DNA from: Chthonomonadales bacterium | Lineage (GTDB): Bacteria; Armatimonadota; Chthonomonadetes; Chthonomonadales; Chthonomonadaceae | Direction of reading: 5' to 3' | Length of the DNA: 28,976 bases | NCBI GenBank assembly: GCA_038217285.1 | Contig: JBBQPO010000043.1 | Span: forward strand, 1 to 28,976 | In this document: one piece after another, positions 8,113 to 16,142 of the stretch | Layout: the number at the start of each line of letters is the position of its first letter | Numbering within the stretch: the stretch's first letter is position 1 | Made by a program: the position numbers and the translations under genes | Notes under the pieces: generated by a model | What the model was told of the DNA's origin: nothing | The model's database searches: none | The model's input: only the letters and a program-made list of their open reading frames with translations

Positions 8113-9666
8113 TCAGCGTGGTTGCAGGACCGGTGGCTTCGCGCCCGGAACCTTCGGCAGGAATACCGGATCGTTGACGCCGGTAGCCCGCTTCAACTGG
8201 GCATCCGCGATGTAGAAATCGTAAACGGCCTGGACGAGCGCCACCCGCGCGTTCACCAGTTGGTTCTCCGCCAGAGTGACTTCCGGAATGTTGACGAGTT
8301 GGTTCTTCTGTTTCTCCAGGGCGACTTCGTAACTCTGTTGTGCGGCCTGCACGGCGAGCAGCGAGGCGGTAATGCGCTGCCGCGCCTGTTCGCGGCTTAC
8401 ATAGGACTGTTCCACGCTAAAGCGAATGTTCTGTTCCAGAGCGTCCAGCGATCGATGATCCTGTTCCAGTGCGGCCTTGTTCTCCCTTATCGCAGCGCGT
8501 GTATTGCCGCCGTCAAAGAGCGGATAGGAGAGCGAAAGGAGGAAAGAGTGCTCCTCGCCCGCATGCGGGTCGAAGGCATAGCCTTCCGTGATCTGGGAAT
8601 CCACGGTGAGCCCGGCGTTGATCTTTGCGATCCGCACATTGTAGCCCTGCGCGTTGATCTGCTCCTGCTGCTGCTTCACGTCCAGGCGGTTACTATAGGC
8701 GAGGCGAACATAAGGCTCCAGGCCCACCGTATCCGCAGTCGTATTCGGCGTTGGCACGATGTCATCCGGCAGGACGACCGGCTGCGCGGTGACGATTCCC
8801 ATCGAGTTTTTGAGCGCTGCCTGGGAGACGCCATAGTTGGCCTGGGCGACGAAAACCTGCACACGAGCGTTTGCATAGTCGGCTTCGGCCTGGAGTACGT
8901 CGGATTTGGCGGCGCTGCCGACATCGGCCTGGGCCTGGATAACGTCCCGCGTGATCTTGGCACGGTCCGCGTTACCCTGCTGCTCTTTCACGAGCTCACG
9001 GTCCCGCAACAAATTGTAGTAGTCCTGTGTGACCGCGAGAACGACCGACTGCCGCTGATTGGCCAGTCCGTACTCGGAGCCAAAAGCGTTGCGTCGGGCC
9101 AACCCCACACCGGCTTCGCGCTTCCCGGAATCGTACAGCAACTGCCTGGCGACGACAAGATTGGAGAGGCCATCGGAGTTGAAACTGCCGGTATTTGACG
9201 TGCCGTTGCTCTGATTGAATCGGACGCCGGGCGTAAGATTGCTCTGGTACTGAAACGTAGGCGTCACCTGCGGATAGTAGGTAGAACGGGCCTGAATCAC
9301 GCGCGCATTGGCCGAGTCTATCTGGCTCTGCGCGATAGCAATGGTGTCCTGACGCGCCAGACCGATGCGGACGGCCCTGTCGAGTGTCAGAGGTTTACTC
9401 AAGTCGGTGTCCACCGGCCCGCCGAGAGTCGGGTTTCGGGGGAGACCATAGCGGCGTGCCGCAGGATTGAGGTCCGCCACCGCAGCAGGGGTCTGAGGAG
9501 CCTGCACTTGCGCGGGTTGCGCCTGCTGACCGGGGACCGGCATCGGCCGAGGAGCGGACGGCGCACTTACAGGCGATGGCTGCTGCGCTCCCATTGAGGT
9601 TCCGACCAGAGCGAGTGTTACCAGCGGAAGAAGAGTCGAGGCAGATCGGCAAAGCGGTCGTATCAT
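8113..9666 (-). CDS. TolC-family outer membrane efflux protein
   Basis: Signal peptide and Pro/Gln linker, LTLDRAV, two OEP repeats (LLYDSG; YPLFDGG), C-terminal LKRATG. SD aagga before ATG 9666. Confidence 0.9.
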   Translation of the reverse strand: MIRPLCRSASTLLPLVTLALVGTSMGAQQPSPVSAPSAPRPMPVPGQQAQPAQVQAPQTPAAVADLNPAARRYGLPRNPTLGGPVDTDLSKPLTLDRAVRIGLARQDTIAIAQSQIDSANARVIQARSTYYPQVTPTFQYQSNLTPGVRFNQSNGTSNTGSFNSDGLSNLVVARQLLYDSGKREAGVGLARRNAFGSEYGLANQRQSVVLAVTQDYYNLLRDRELVKEQQGNADRAKITRDVIQAQADVGSAAKSDVLQAEADYANARVQVFVAQANYGVSQAALKNSMGIVTAQPVVLPDDIVPTPNTTADTVGLEPYVRLAYSNRLDVKQQQEQINAQGYNVRIAKINAGLTVDSQITEGYAFDPHAGEEHSFLLSLSYPLFDGGNTRAAIRENKAALEQDHRSLDALEQNIRFSVEQSYVSREQARQRITASLLAVQAAQQSYEVALEKQKNQLVNIPEVTLAENQLVNARVALVQAVYDFYIADAQLKRATGVNDPVFLPKVPGAKPPVLQPR

Positions 9667-9767
9667 AGAGTTGGTTCCTTTCAGCATCGAAAAATCGTGT
9701 ACAGCGCTGAGGATGTCGTATCCTCTCGTCACCACGGAGGATGCAGCGCCGTGACGCGATCTTAATA

Positions 9768-10400
9768 TCAGCGACCCCGCACACGGCGGGTCATGAGATC
9801 GACCGGTTTGGTCTGCGGTTCATCGTTCGGAACTTGATTGTCGTCCGGGCACGAGTCGGGGAACGGCAGCACAGGGCGGCCCTCCTGGGCCCGGATCTTC
9901 TCCCCCGCCATTCCTAGCAGATCCAGCGCCTGCTCCACCAGCTTTTGCTCCGCAGGAAGGAGGGCGGACCAGACTTTTCGATGCATGGCTTTGCGGGTGG
10001 CATCGCTCTGTCCGATGAGTTCCTGGCCATGCGCGCTGGTATGCAGGCGAATCACCCGTCGATCGTTGGCATCCAAGAGGCGAACAACCATTCCACGTTT
10101 CACGAGGCGCTAGGCAAGTTGCGTTACCGTCGACTGAGAGACATTGAGCCGTTCGCTGAAATCCTTCATGGTCGAATTGGGGCCGTAGTAGACCGACATC
10201 AATAGACGCAGTTGGGCGAGAGGCAGGGCATCGAGTTCAGGGACCGGCTTGTCGTCAAAAACCAGCGTTCGCATCACCCGAAAGAGTGCATGCCCCAGAG
10301 GCGGCTCCGGCGGGGGGAGGATTGCCTCCGTGTGGGAACCTTCTGCTTTTGGGGAAATGTGGCGACCTGATTCAGTTTGTTTATCCTGATTATTCGGCAT
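9768..10400 (-). pseudogene. MarR-family transcriptional regulator interrupted by an in-frame TAG at 10110-10112
   Basis: The ORFs 10110..10436 and 9768..10103 share one frame: LAQLRLL…TMKDFSERLNVSQSTVTQLA*RLVKRGMVVR…DRRVIRLHTS..G. Confidence 0.88.
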
Positions 10401-10407
10401 AGCACAT

Positions 10408-10436
10408 AGTTTACACAAACGAAATGTTTTTGTCAA
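10408..10436 (-). promoter_or_regulatory. Sigma70-type promoter of the marR-efflux cluster with overlapping inverted repeat (candidate MarR operator)
   Basis: TTGACA (10436-10431), 17-nt spacer, TAAACT (10413-10408). Palindrome TTGACAAAAAC-atttc-GTTTGTGTAAA. Confidence 0.75.
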
Positions 10437-10559
10437 GAGGAGACAAGGGATTTTTGTGTGTCAATGCTCAGACGAAACAGAAGAGGCGAGGTATTCACGA
10501 ATTTGCAGGCTTGGCGCCGACAAACCCGAAACGGGAGAGGAGATCGGGTCGGGAGGAGA

Positions 10560-10592
10560 CGCTTACCCGTCCTGAAATAGAACGGGCAAGCG
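10560..10592 (-). terminator. 14-bp RNA hairpin after the SGNH hydrolase gene (likely transcript 3' end)
   Basis: cgcttgcccgttct-atttc-aggacgggtaagcg pairs fully with two G-U pairs only on the minus strand. No U tract. Confidence 0.5.
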
Positions 10593-10606
10593 GTCACTAT
10601 GCAAAA

Positions 10607-11935
10607 TCAGGAGGAGGCGATGAGTTCCACCGTATGAGGCTTGGGGGCGTCTGCTCTGGGTATGTCCTTTAAAACACCCAATTCCTGTTGGTCCAGATCG
10701 TTCATTTTGGTCTGTATTTCCGGCGTAATCTGCTTTCCGCCCGTGGAGTTAGGCACCTGCAGTACCCGCCACTTCTGGAAATGCAGGTCGTTGTGACGGC
10801 GGATCATCGCGAGCAAGGCCTTCGCCTGCTGATTTGGCCCCAGCGCGAGAATTCCCGCCAGATCGACTCCGCTCTGCAGTTGTTCCCGCGATACCGTGCC
10901 CATGTCCGCCCCGTCTACTTTCAGTGCGTAGCTCGCAGCAGGAAGGTTTGTCAGCTTTAGCTGATATCGGTTCAGAGCCTGTTCGGTATCGGTCACACCG
11001 AGCATGAGCAGCGTATCCTTGTTCTTGTCGGGATCCCGATCCATTGGCCACGGCAACGCACCGTCGGTATGCGTAAAGGCGATTCGCTTCGGCGTGACGC
11101 TCAGCCCGCTGATTTTGCTGCCAAGGCTCTTCACGACGTTGCCGGTCACTCCATCGATCTCGATATCGGCAACGGTATCAGGCGCATTCCAGGCTTTCAG
11201 AACGGCGGCGGCCATAAGCACATGGCCACCCGGCCCGGGATGAACCCGGTCGCGAATGACCTGGGTCGAGAGATCGGCGTCTACCGAATGCGCACGAGCC
11301 AGCGCGGCGACGAGCGGAACATTCGTGTCGGCAACCGTCAGACCGTACTCTTTGCCCAGTTCCCGCACCGCCTCGCCGTAGGCCGTCAGGGTAGAGTTAT
11401 ATCCGCCCAGGAAACCAGCAGGCCGAGTGACATCGTCGTAGGCCGAAGCGGTCAGCAGCGTGATGCGCACCCCTGGCAGCTCTTTTACCAGCCTGTCGAG
11501 AATATGGCGATATCCACGAACATAGGTGTCGAATATACCCTGGTCGAAGGCCCGATAGCTCCCATCGTTCATGCCCAGACAGATCGTGACGACATTCGGC
11601 TTGTAGACGAAGACATCGCGGTCGAGGCGCAGATCGATGGGGCCTCCTCCGCCGCCGCCGACGCGATCCCCACCCCATCCTGAGTGGATGAAGGTAAAGT
11701 GCTTTTTCGGGAACCGGCTCACGCAGTACGACTCGATGTAGGTCGTGTAGAGCCGCTGATCCGTGATGCTGTCACCATAGAATACGACTCGGTCATTGTT
11801 ATGGAGATAGAATCCCTTGGATGCATTGGTCGTATGCGCCCTCTTGCCTTGGGCACGTATCGCAGACGGAGTTGTGCCGAATAGCAGGCCGACCGCCAGC
11901 AGGCCCAGAAGCGCGGCCCTTCTCGTTGATCTCAT
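10607..11935 (-). CDS. Secreted SGNH/GDSL hydrolase (esterase) with C-terminal extension
   Basis: Block I GDSIT, block II G (SGWGG), block III GMND, block V DRVHP. Signal peptide. SD aaggag before ATG 11935. Confidence 0.88.
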   Translation of the reverse strand: MRSTRRAALLGLLAVGLLFGTTPSAIRAQGKRAHTTNASKGFYLHNNDRVVFYGDSITDQRLYTTYIESYCVSRFPKKHFTFIHSGWGGDRVGGGGGGPIDLRLDRDVFVYKPNVVTICLGMNDGSYRAFDQGIFDTYVRGYRHILDRLVKELPGVRITLLTASAYDDVTRPAGFLGGYNSTLTAYGEAVRELGKEYGLTVADTNVPLVAALARAHSVDADLSTQVIRDRVHPGPGGHVLMAAAVLKAWNAPDTVADIEIDGVTGNVVKSLGSKISGLSVTPKRIAFTHTDGALPWPMDRDPDKNKDTLLMLGVTDTEQALNRYQLKLTNLPAASYALKVDGADMGTVSREQLQSGVDLAGILALGPNQQAKALLAMIRRHNDLHFQKWRVLQVPNSTGGKQITPEIQTKMNDLDQQELGVLKDIPRADAPKPHTVELIASS

Positions 11936-11966
11936 TGTGTGCTCTCCTTCGATGCGTAACTTATGC

Positions 11967-13337
11967 CTAAACGACTCGGGGGTCTTCCCCGGTCTCTCCA
12001 TCGAGAATACGGCGCTGGATAAAGTCGGTGGTTACCTCGCCACGCCGGAAAAAAGCATTGGCGAGAATACGGCGCTGGAAACCGATATTGGTTTTGATCC
12101 CCGTGACCTCCATCTCTGAGAGCGCACGCTGCATGCGGGCGATGGCTCCGGCCCGCGTCTTGTCCCACGCGATGACCTTCGCCAGCAGAGAATCGTAGTA
12201 CGAGGGAACTTCGTAGCCGGGATAGATGTGTGTATCGACTCGAACGCCATATCCGCCTGGCAAAATGACTCGATCGATGCGACCGGCATTGGGCGAGAAA
12301 TTACGATCCGGGTCTTCGGCGTTGATCCGACACTCGATCGCGTGCCCTTCCCATCGCACCTCTTTCTGACTGAAGGGGAGTTTCTCACCCGCTGCCACCC
12401 GAATCTGCAACTTCACCAGGTCTATATCCGTTATGGCTTCGGTAATGCAGTGTTCCACCTGCAGGCGTTTATTCATCTCCAGGAAGAAGAAGTCGCCGCG
12501 TTTGTCCACCAGGAACTCGACGGTCCCCGCGTTGGTATAGTTGACGGCCTGCGCGGCGCGCACCGCCGCGTCGCCGATAGCGCGCCGTTGCGCCGCTGTC
12601 AGAATCGCGGCAGGGGCCTCTTCCAAGACTTTCTGATGCCGTCTCTGCACCGAGCAGTCGCGCTCCCCGAGGTGAACCACATGGCCATGCTCGTCGGCGA
12701 TTATCTGGACCTCGATATGGCGAGGCTCTTCTACGAATTTTTCGATATAGACATCGGGGTTGCCGAAGGAGGCCGCTGCTTCTGCCTTGGCCATATCAAG
12801 CTGCCTGGGCAGCTCCTCGTCGTTCTGCACGAGACGTATGCCGCGCCCGCCGCCACCGTTCGAGGCCTTGATCAAGAGCGGATAACCGGTCTTCTGCGCG
12901 AACTGAAGGGCCTCCTGAACGCTCTGCACTGCCGTTGTTCCGGGAACGACCGGCACGCGCGCCGCGCGCATGGTCTCGCGGGCTGCGGCCTTGTCGCCCA
13001 TTTTGTCCATAGAGGCCGCCGACGGCCCGATAAACTTCAGGCCGCAGGCTTCGACCGCCATGGCAAAACTGGCGCGTTCCGACAGAAAGCCGATGCCGGG
13101 ATGAATGGCATCGGCTCCGGTGATCTCAGCGGCGCTTATAATGTTGGGCGCATGGAGGTAGCTATCGCGGGGAGGCGGTGGCCCGATACAGACCGCTTCG
13201 TCCGCCCACTGCACAGCCTGAGAATCGGCATCGGCAGTGGAGTGTACGACGACAGTCTTGATACGGAGTTCTTTGCAGGCACGAATAATACGCACAGCGA
13301 TTTCGCCGCGATTGGCGATCAGGATCTTATTGAACAT
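11967..13337 (-). CDS. accC: Biotin carboxylase (acetyl-CoA carboxylase BC subunit), divergent at some conserved sites
   Basis: KILIANRGEIA, MGDK, GGGGRG, ERDCSVQRRHQK, EMNKRLQVEH, RINAED, YYDS. Confidence 0.93.
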   Translation of the reverse strand: MFNKILIANRGEIAVRIIRACKELRIKTVVVHSTADADSQAVQWADEAVCIGPPPPRDSYLHAPNIISAAEITGADAIHPGIGFLSERASFAMAVEACGLKFIGPSAASMDKMGDKAAARETMRAARVPVVPGTTAVQSVQEALQFAQKTGYPLLIKASNGGGGRGIRLVQNDEELPRQLDMAKAEAAASFGNPDVYIEKFVEEPRHIEVQIIADEHGHVVHLGERDCSVQRRHQKVLEEAPAAILTAAQRRAIGDAAVRAAQAVNYTNAGTVEFLVDKRGDFFFLEMNKRLQVEHCITEAITDIDLVKLQIRVAAGEKLPFSQKEVRWEGHAIECRINAEDPDRNFSPNAGRIDRVILPGGYGVRVDTHIYPGYEVPSYYDSLLAKVIAWDKTRAGAIARMQRALSEMEVTGIKTNIGFQRRILANAFFRRGEVTTDFIQRRILDGETGEDPRVV

Positions 13338-13349
13338 TCACCGTTCCAT

Positions 13350-13736
13350 CTATTGAAATTTTTCGTGCCCTGGGTAGGGACAGTGGACCTCGCCGGTGAT
13401 CAGATCATAGACATAAGGCTGATGTCCGACCGGACAAGAGAGCATTTCTGAAGGCAGTTTCAGCTCTTGCAGCGAGGCAGGAAACTTTGTGTCGGTATCG
13501 CCGGCCTGGGCCGCCAGAATGGCCAAGTGTACCTGATGAACGTTGTTGATGCACTCGGTATCGTGCGCCCGCTCTATCGGATTATGGGCCTTGCCGGGAG
13601 GAGCGTTCTTACTGTGCCCGAACAACACATTGTAAGAAACGGCGCTCAAAATGACGATAATGACCATCACAACGAGGATCTCGATCAGCGAAAAGGCACG
13701 GTGGGCGCCTGCGTGGCGGCTGGAATCAACGTTCAT
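13350..13736 (-). CDS. Prepilin-type (class III signal peptide) pilin/pseudopilin with three Cys and a terminal His
   Basis: Short basic leader, A|FSLIEILVVMVIIVIL with E5. ECINN, SCPVG, VHCPYPGH. SD aggggag. Confidence 0.85.
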   Translation of the reverse strand: MNVDSSRHAGAHRAFSLIEILVVMVIIVILSAVSYNVLFGHSKNAPPGKAHNPIERAHDTECINNVHQVHLAILAAQAGDTDTKFPASLQELKLPSEMLSCPVGHQPYVYDLITGEVHCPYPGHEKFQ

Positions 13737-13754
13737 GGCACTCCCCTTTCAGCC

Positions 13755-14192
13755 CTACTCTGTGGCAGGCCTTATCGTGAAGAGGGTATGACCGTATTCG
13801 ACGGGATGACCATCTTCGATGAACACATCCACCACGACCCCGTTCGTCGGCGACGTCAGATCCGTCAGCAGGCTGACTGCCTGGATCGTCCCGATCTTCT
13901 GTCCTTCCTTGACTTTCGCGCCCAGGCCGACCATCGGCTTGATATGGCGAAAGACGCCGACCAGAGGAGCGATGACGGTAATATCCTCCAGAGGGCCAGG
14001 CGCGGACGGTTCCGACATCTCTACGTCGGTCATATACTCGCCACCGGACGAATCGTAGGCCACCAGCGCCGTCGATTTCGGCACCCGATTTCGGCGAAGG
14101 GTTACTCTGGCATCCCCCTCGCGCAGGGTCAATTCGCTGATCCTCGCGTTCTGCATCAGCGCGATCAGACGCTCCAATTCGGAGACATCCAT
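13755..14192 (-). CDS. accB: Biotin carboxyl carrier protein-like protein lacking the biotinyl-lysine motif
   Basis: AccB N-terminus (MDVSELERLIALM…ISELTL), APLVGVF, SPTNGVV…EDGHPVEYGHTLFTI. IQAVSL in place of IEAMKM. Confidence 0.8.
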   Translation of the reverse strand: MDVSELERLIALMQNARISELTLREGDARVTLRRNRVPKSTALVAYDSSGGEYMTDVEMSEPSAPGPLEDITVIAPLVGVFRHIKPMVGLGAKVKEGQKIGTIQAVSLLTDLTSPTNGVVVDVFIEDGHPVEYGHTLFTIRPATE

Positions 14193-14265
14193 ATTGCTCG
14201 CCGCAAACGCCGACCTGCCCCACCCTTTGGCAGCAAGACCCAGGTCGCCTCGATGTTTGCGCCTT

Positions 14266-15480
14266 TCAGATTTTGATTTTGAACATCGTATATTCGAGCA
14301 GGCGCTGTGCCCATGTCATCAGCACCAGCGTGAGGCAGACGATGAAAATGACTTCGATGGGCATGCTGCCGGCGATCTCTTTCGTCATGTCCACCGAGGA
14401 AGCGCCGTTGAACGTCACCAGACCCACAAGGCGGTTCAGGACCATCAGGGCGGAGCCGATCAGTTGGCGCAAGTTCTCGAACTCGAAGATGACCAGAAGC
14501 GGCACGAACAACGTGACCGGCGCCGAGAGAAACTGGTACTTCTGACGCTGGTGCTCATTATAGATCACGCAGTTGTTGCAGCGCTGCCGTTTCTGCTGTG
14601 CGGATAAGTGCGGATTGGTCGGTATTCGTACACCGCGCGGCCCAACACGGGTCGGAATAGAGACTTTTTGCTCTTCCGCATGTTTGCTCAAGATATCGCC
14701 GATGGGAACGAATCCCGACTGCTTATTGAGCGGCTGCGTCTTTTCCGGATCGTCGGGACCGGCACCGCCCATCGCGAGCAGAATGATATTCTCTTCGCAC
14801 ATGCAGCCGACCCGCTCTTTCCAGCACTTTGTTTTGGCATGGAAGATGGGACATCGAACTCGAACGCTTTCCCGGCAGAACGGAAGCTCCCAACACTTCG
14901 CCAGTGCTCCGATCACCGGCAGCTTCCGCTCGGTCCGCGCGGCGTCTTTGCCGAAATTCAGATTGGCGATGTCGCGATGCCTGCTGTTGAAGATCTTGCC
15001 GTAAAGCGTTTTGACCGCCAGCAGAACGCCGGGTACCCCGATGATGTAGGCCATCATCTGGATCTCTTTCAGCGACGCCTTCGACGCGTCGCCGCTCATC
15101 AACTTCGCCGACTCGGCGCTGAACAGAGCCCCGATAATGAACTGCAGGCCGAACGCCAGAAACGCGGCGACCAGAAGGTAGATCACCCCGAGCGCTTCCA
15201 CCTGCATAAAAATCAATCCGCCGGTCACCACCGTCACTAGCAGGCTGATATTCAACCATTGAGACAGGGTTGTGATGGTCTGCAAGGCCGCCGCATGATC
15301 GGCGGCGGACATACCGGCGACGTCCACGAGTTTGCCGGAGAAGAGCCCCCACAAAAGCCATACTGTCAGCAGAATCGTTGGGATGAGCGACAGTTGAAAC
15401 ACCTTGCTGAGGATGTCCACCGCTTTGTCGCTCAGAAAACTGTCGGAGCTAAGGTCCACCTTAGGACGGTTGATGCGCAC
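14266..15480 (-). CDS. Polytopic membrane protein with Cys-rich (two-CW-like) soluble domain
   Basis: About 4 N-terminal TM helices, CWELPFC…CP…CW…CMC…CNNC, about 2 C-terminal TM helices. Confidence 0.75.
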   Translation of the reverse strand: MRINRPKVDLSSDSFLSDKAVDILSKVFQLSLIPTILLTVWLLWGLFSGKLVDVAGMSAADHAAALQTITTLSQWLNISLLVTVVTGGLIFMQVEALGVIYLLVAAFLAFGLQFIIGALFSAESAKLMSGDASKASLKEIQMMAYIIGVPGVLLAVKTLYGKIFNSRHRDIANLNFGKDAARTERKLPVIGALAKCWELPFCRESVRVRCPIFHAKTKCWKERVGCMCEENIILLAMGGAGPDDPEKTQPLNKQSGFVPIGDILSKHAEEQKVSIPTRVGPRGVRIPTNPHLSAQQKRQRCNNCVIYNEHQRQKYQFLSAPVTLFVPLLVIFEFENLRQLIGSALMVLNRLVGLVTFNGASSVDMTKEIAGSMPIEVIFIVCLTLVLMTWAQRLLEYTMFKIKI

Positions 15481-15575
15481 TTTAATTACCCCACTTCTTA
15501 ATCGGCGTAAGGAGACTTCCTTGCAAGCCAGTCCGTGTGGAAGTCAGAACGGGGGCAATTCGCAAAGAGTCGGGC

Positions 15576-16142
15576 CTACTTCACGCGCTCAAGGTATCCA
15601 TCGGTTCGGGTGTCTACTTTTACCTTGTCTCCGATGTTGACAAAAAAGGGAACGTTGATCATCGCACCGGTTTCGAGTTTCGCAGGCTTGGAGCCGCCGG
15701 AGGCGGTATCGCCCTTGACACCCGGATCCGTATCGATTACTTCGAGTTCTACGAAGATTGGGACTTCTGCACCGAGGATCTTCTCGTTGTACTCCACGAC
15801 CTGCACTTCCATGCCGTCTTTGAGATACTTGATGGTGTCCCCGAAGGTGGACGCAGGAACCCCGACCTGATCGAATGTCTGTGGATCCATCAGGAAGTAT
15901 TCTCCATCCTGGTGGTACAGAAACTGCATAGGATGACGATCAAGAATCGCCTGCTCGACCTTTTCACCGGCATTGAAGGTCTTATCCACCACCCCGCCCG
16001 TGCGCAGGTTTCTCAGTTTGGTGCGCATCACTGCTCCACCCTTACCGGGCTTGTGATGCTGGAACCAGACGATGGTGAATATTTCGGTATCAAGCAGGAT
16101 CGAAACCCCGTTCTTGAAATCCGAAGTGTCTATTTTCGGCAC
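15576..16142 (-). CDS. efp: Translation elongation factor P
   Basis: HHKPGKGGA loop, TDPGVKGDT, KPAKLETG, VDTRTDGYLER. SD aggagg before GTG. Confidence 0.97.
   Translation of the reverse strand: MPKIDTSDFKNGVSILLDTEIFTIVWFQHHKPGKGGAVMRTKLRNLRTGGVVDKTFNAGEKVEQAILDRHPMQFLYHQDGEYFLMDPQTFDQVGVPASTFGDTIKYLKDGMEVQVVEYNEKILGAEVPIFVELEVIDTDPGVKGDTASGGSKPAKLETGAMINVPFFVNIGDKVKVDTRTDGYLERVK

Noticed and set aside
8059-9198. 379-aa plus-strand ORF, and similar long shadows at 12228-13451 and 26453-27700
   Set aside because: Antisense shadows of tolC, accC and the histidine kinase caused by codon bias.
10110-10112. Pyrrolysine or genome-wide TAG recoding as the cause of the MarR stop
   Set aside because: TAG ends several conserved genes at their expected C-termini, and no pyl genes are in the window.
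11900-11935. Twin-arginine signal in the SGNH hydrolase (TRRAALL)
   Set aside because: Weak match to the S/T-R-R-x-F-L-K consensus; cannot be distinguished from a Sec signal.
12002-12079. 17-bp direct repeat cgagaatacggcgctgga(t/a) 60 nt apart
   Set aside because: Lies within the accC 3' coding sequence (FQRRIL / IQRRIL); two copies only, not CRISPR-like.
13170-13181. PPPP in AccC and PPG in the pilin as EF-P-dependent control within the efp cluster
   Set aside because: Proline runs are frequent throughout this window, so no enrichment can be claimed.
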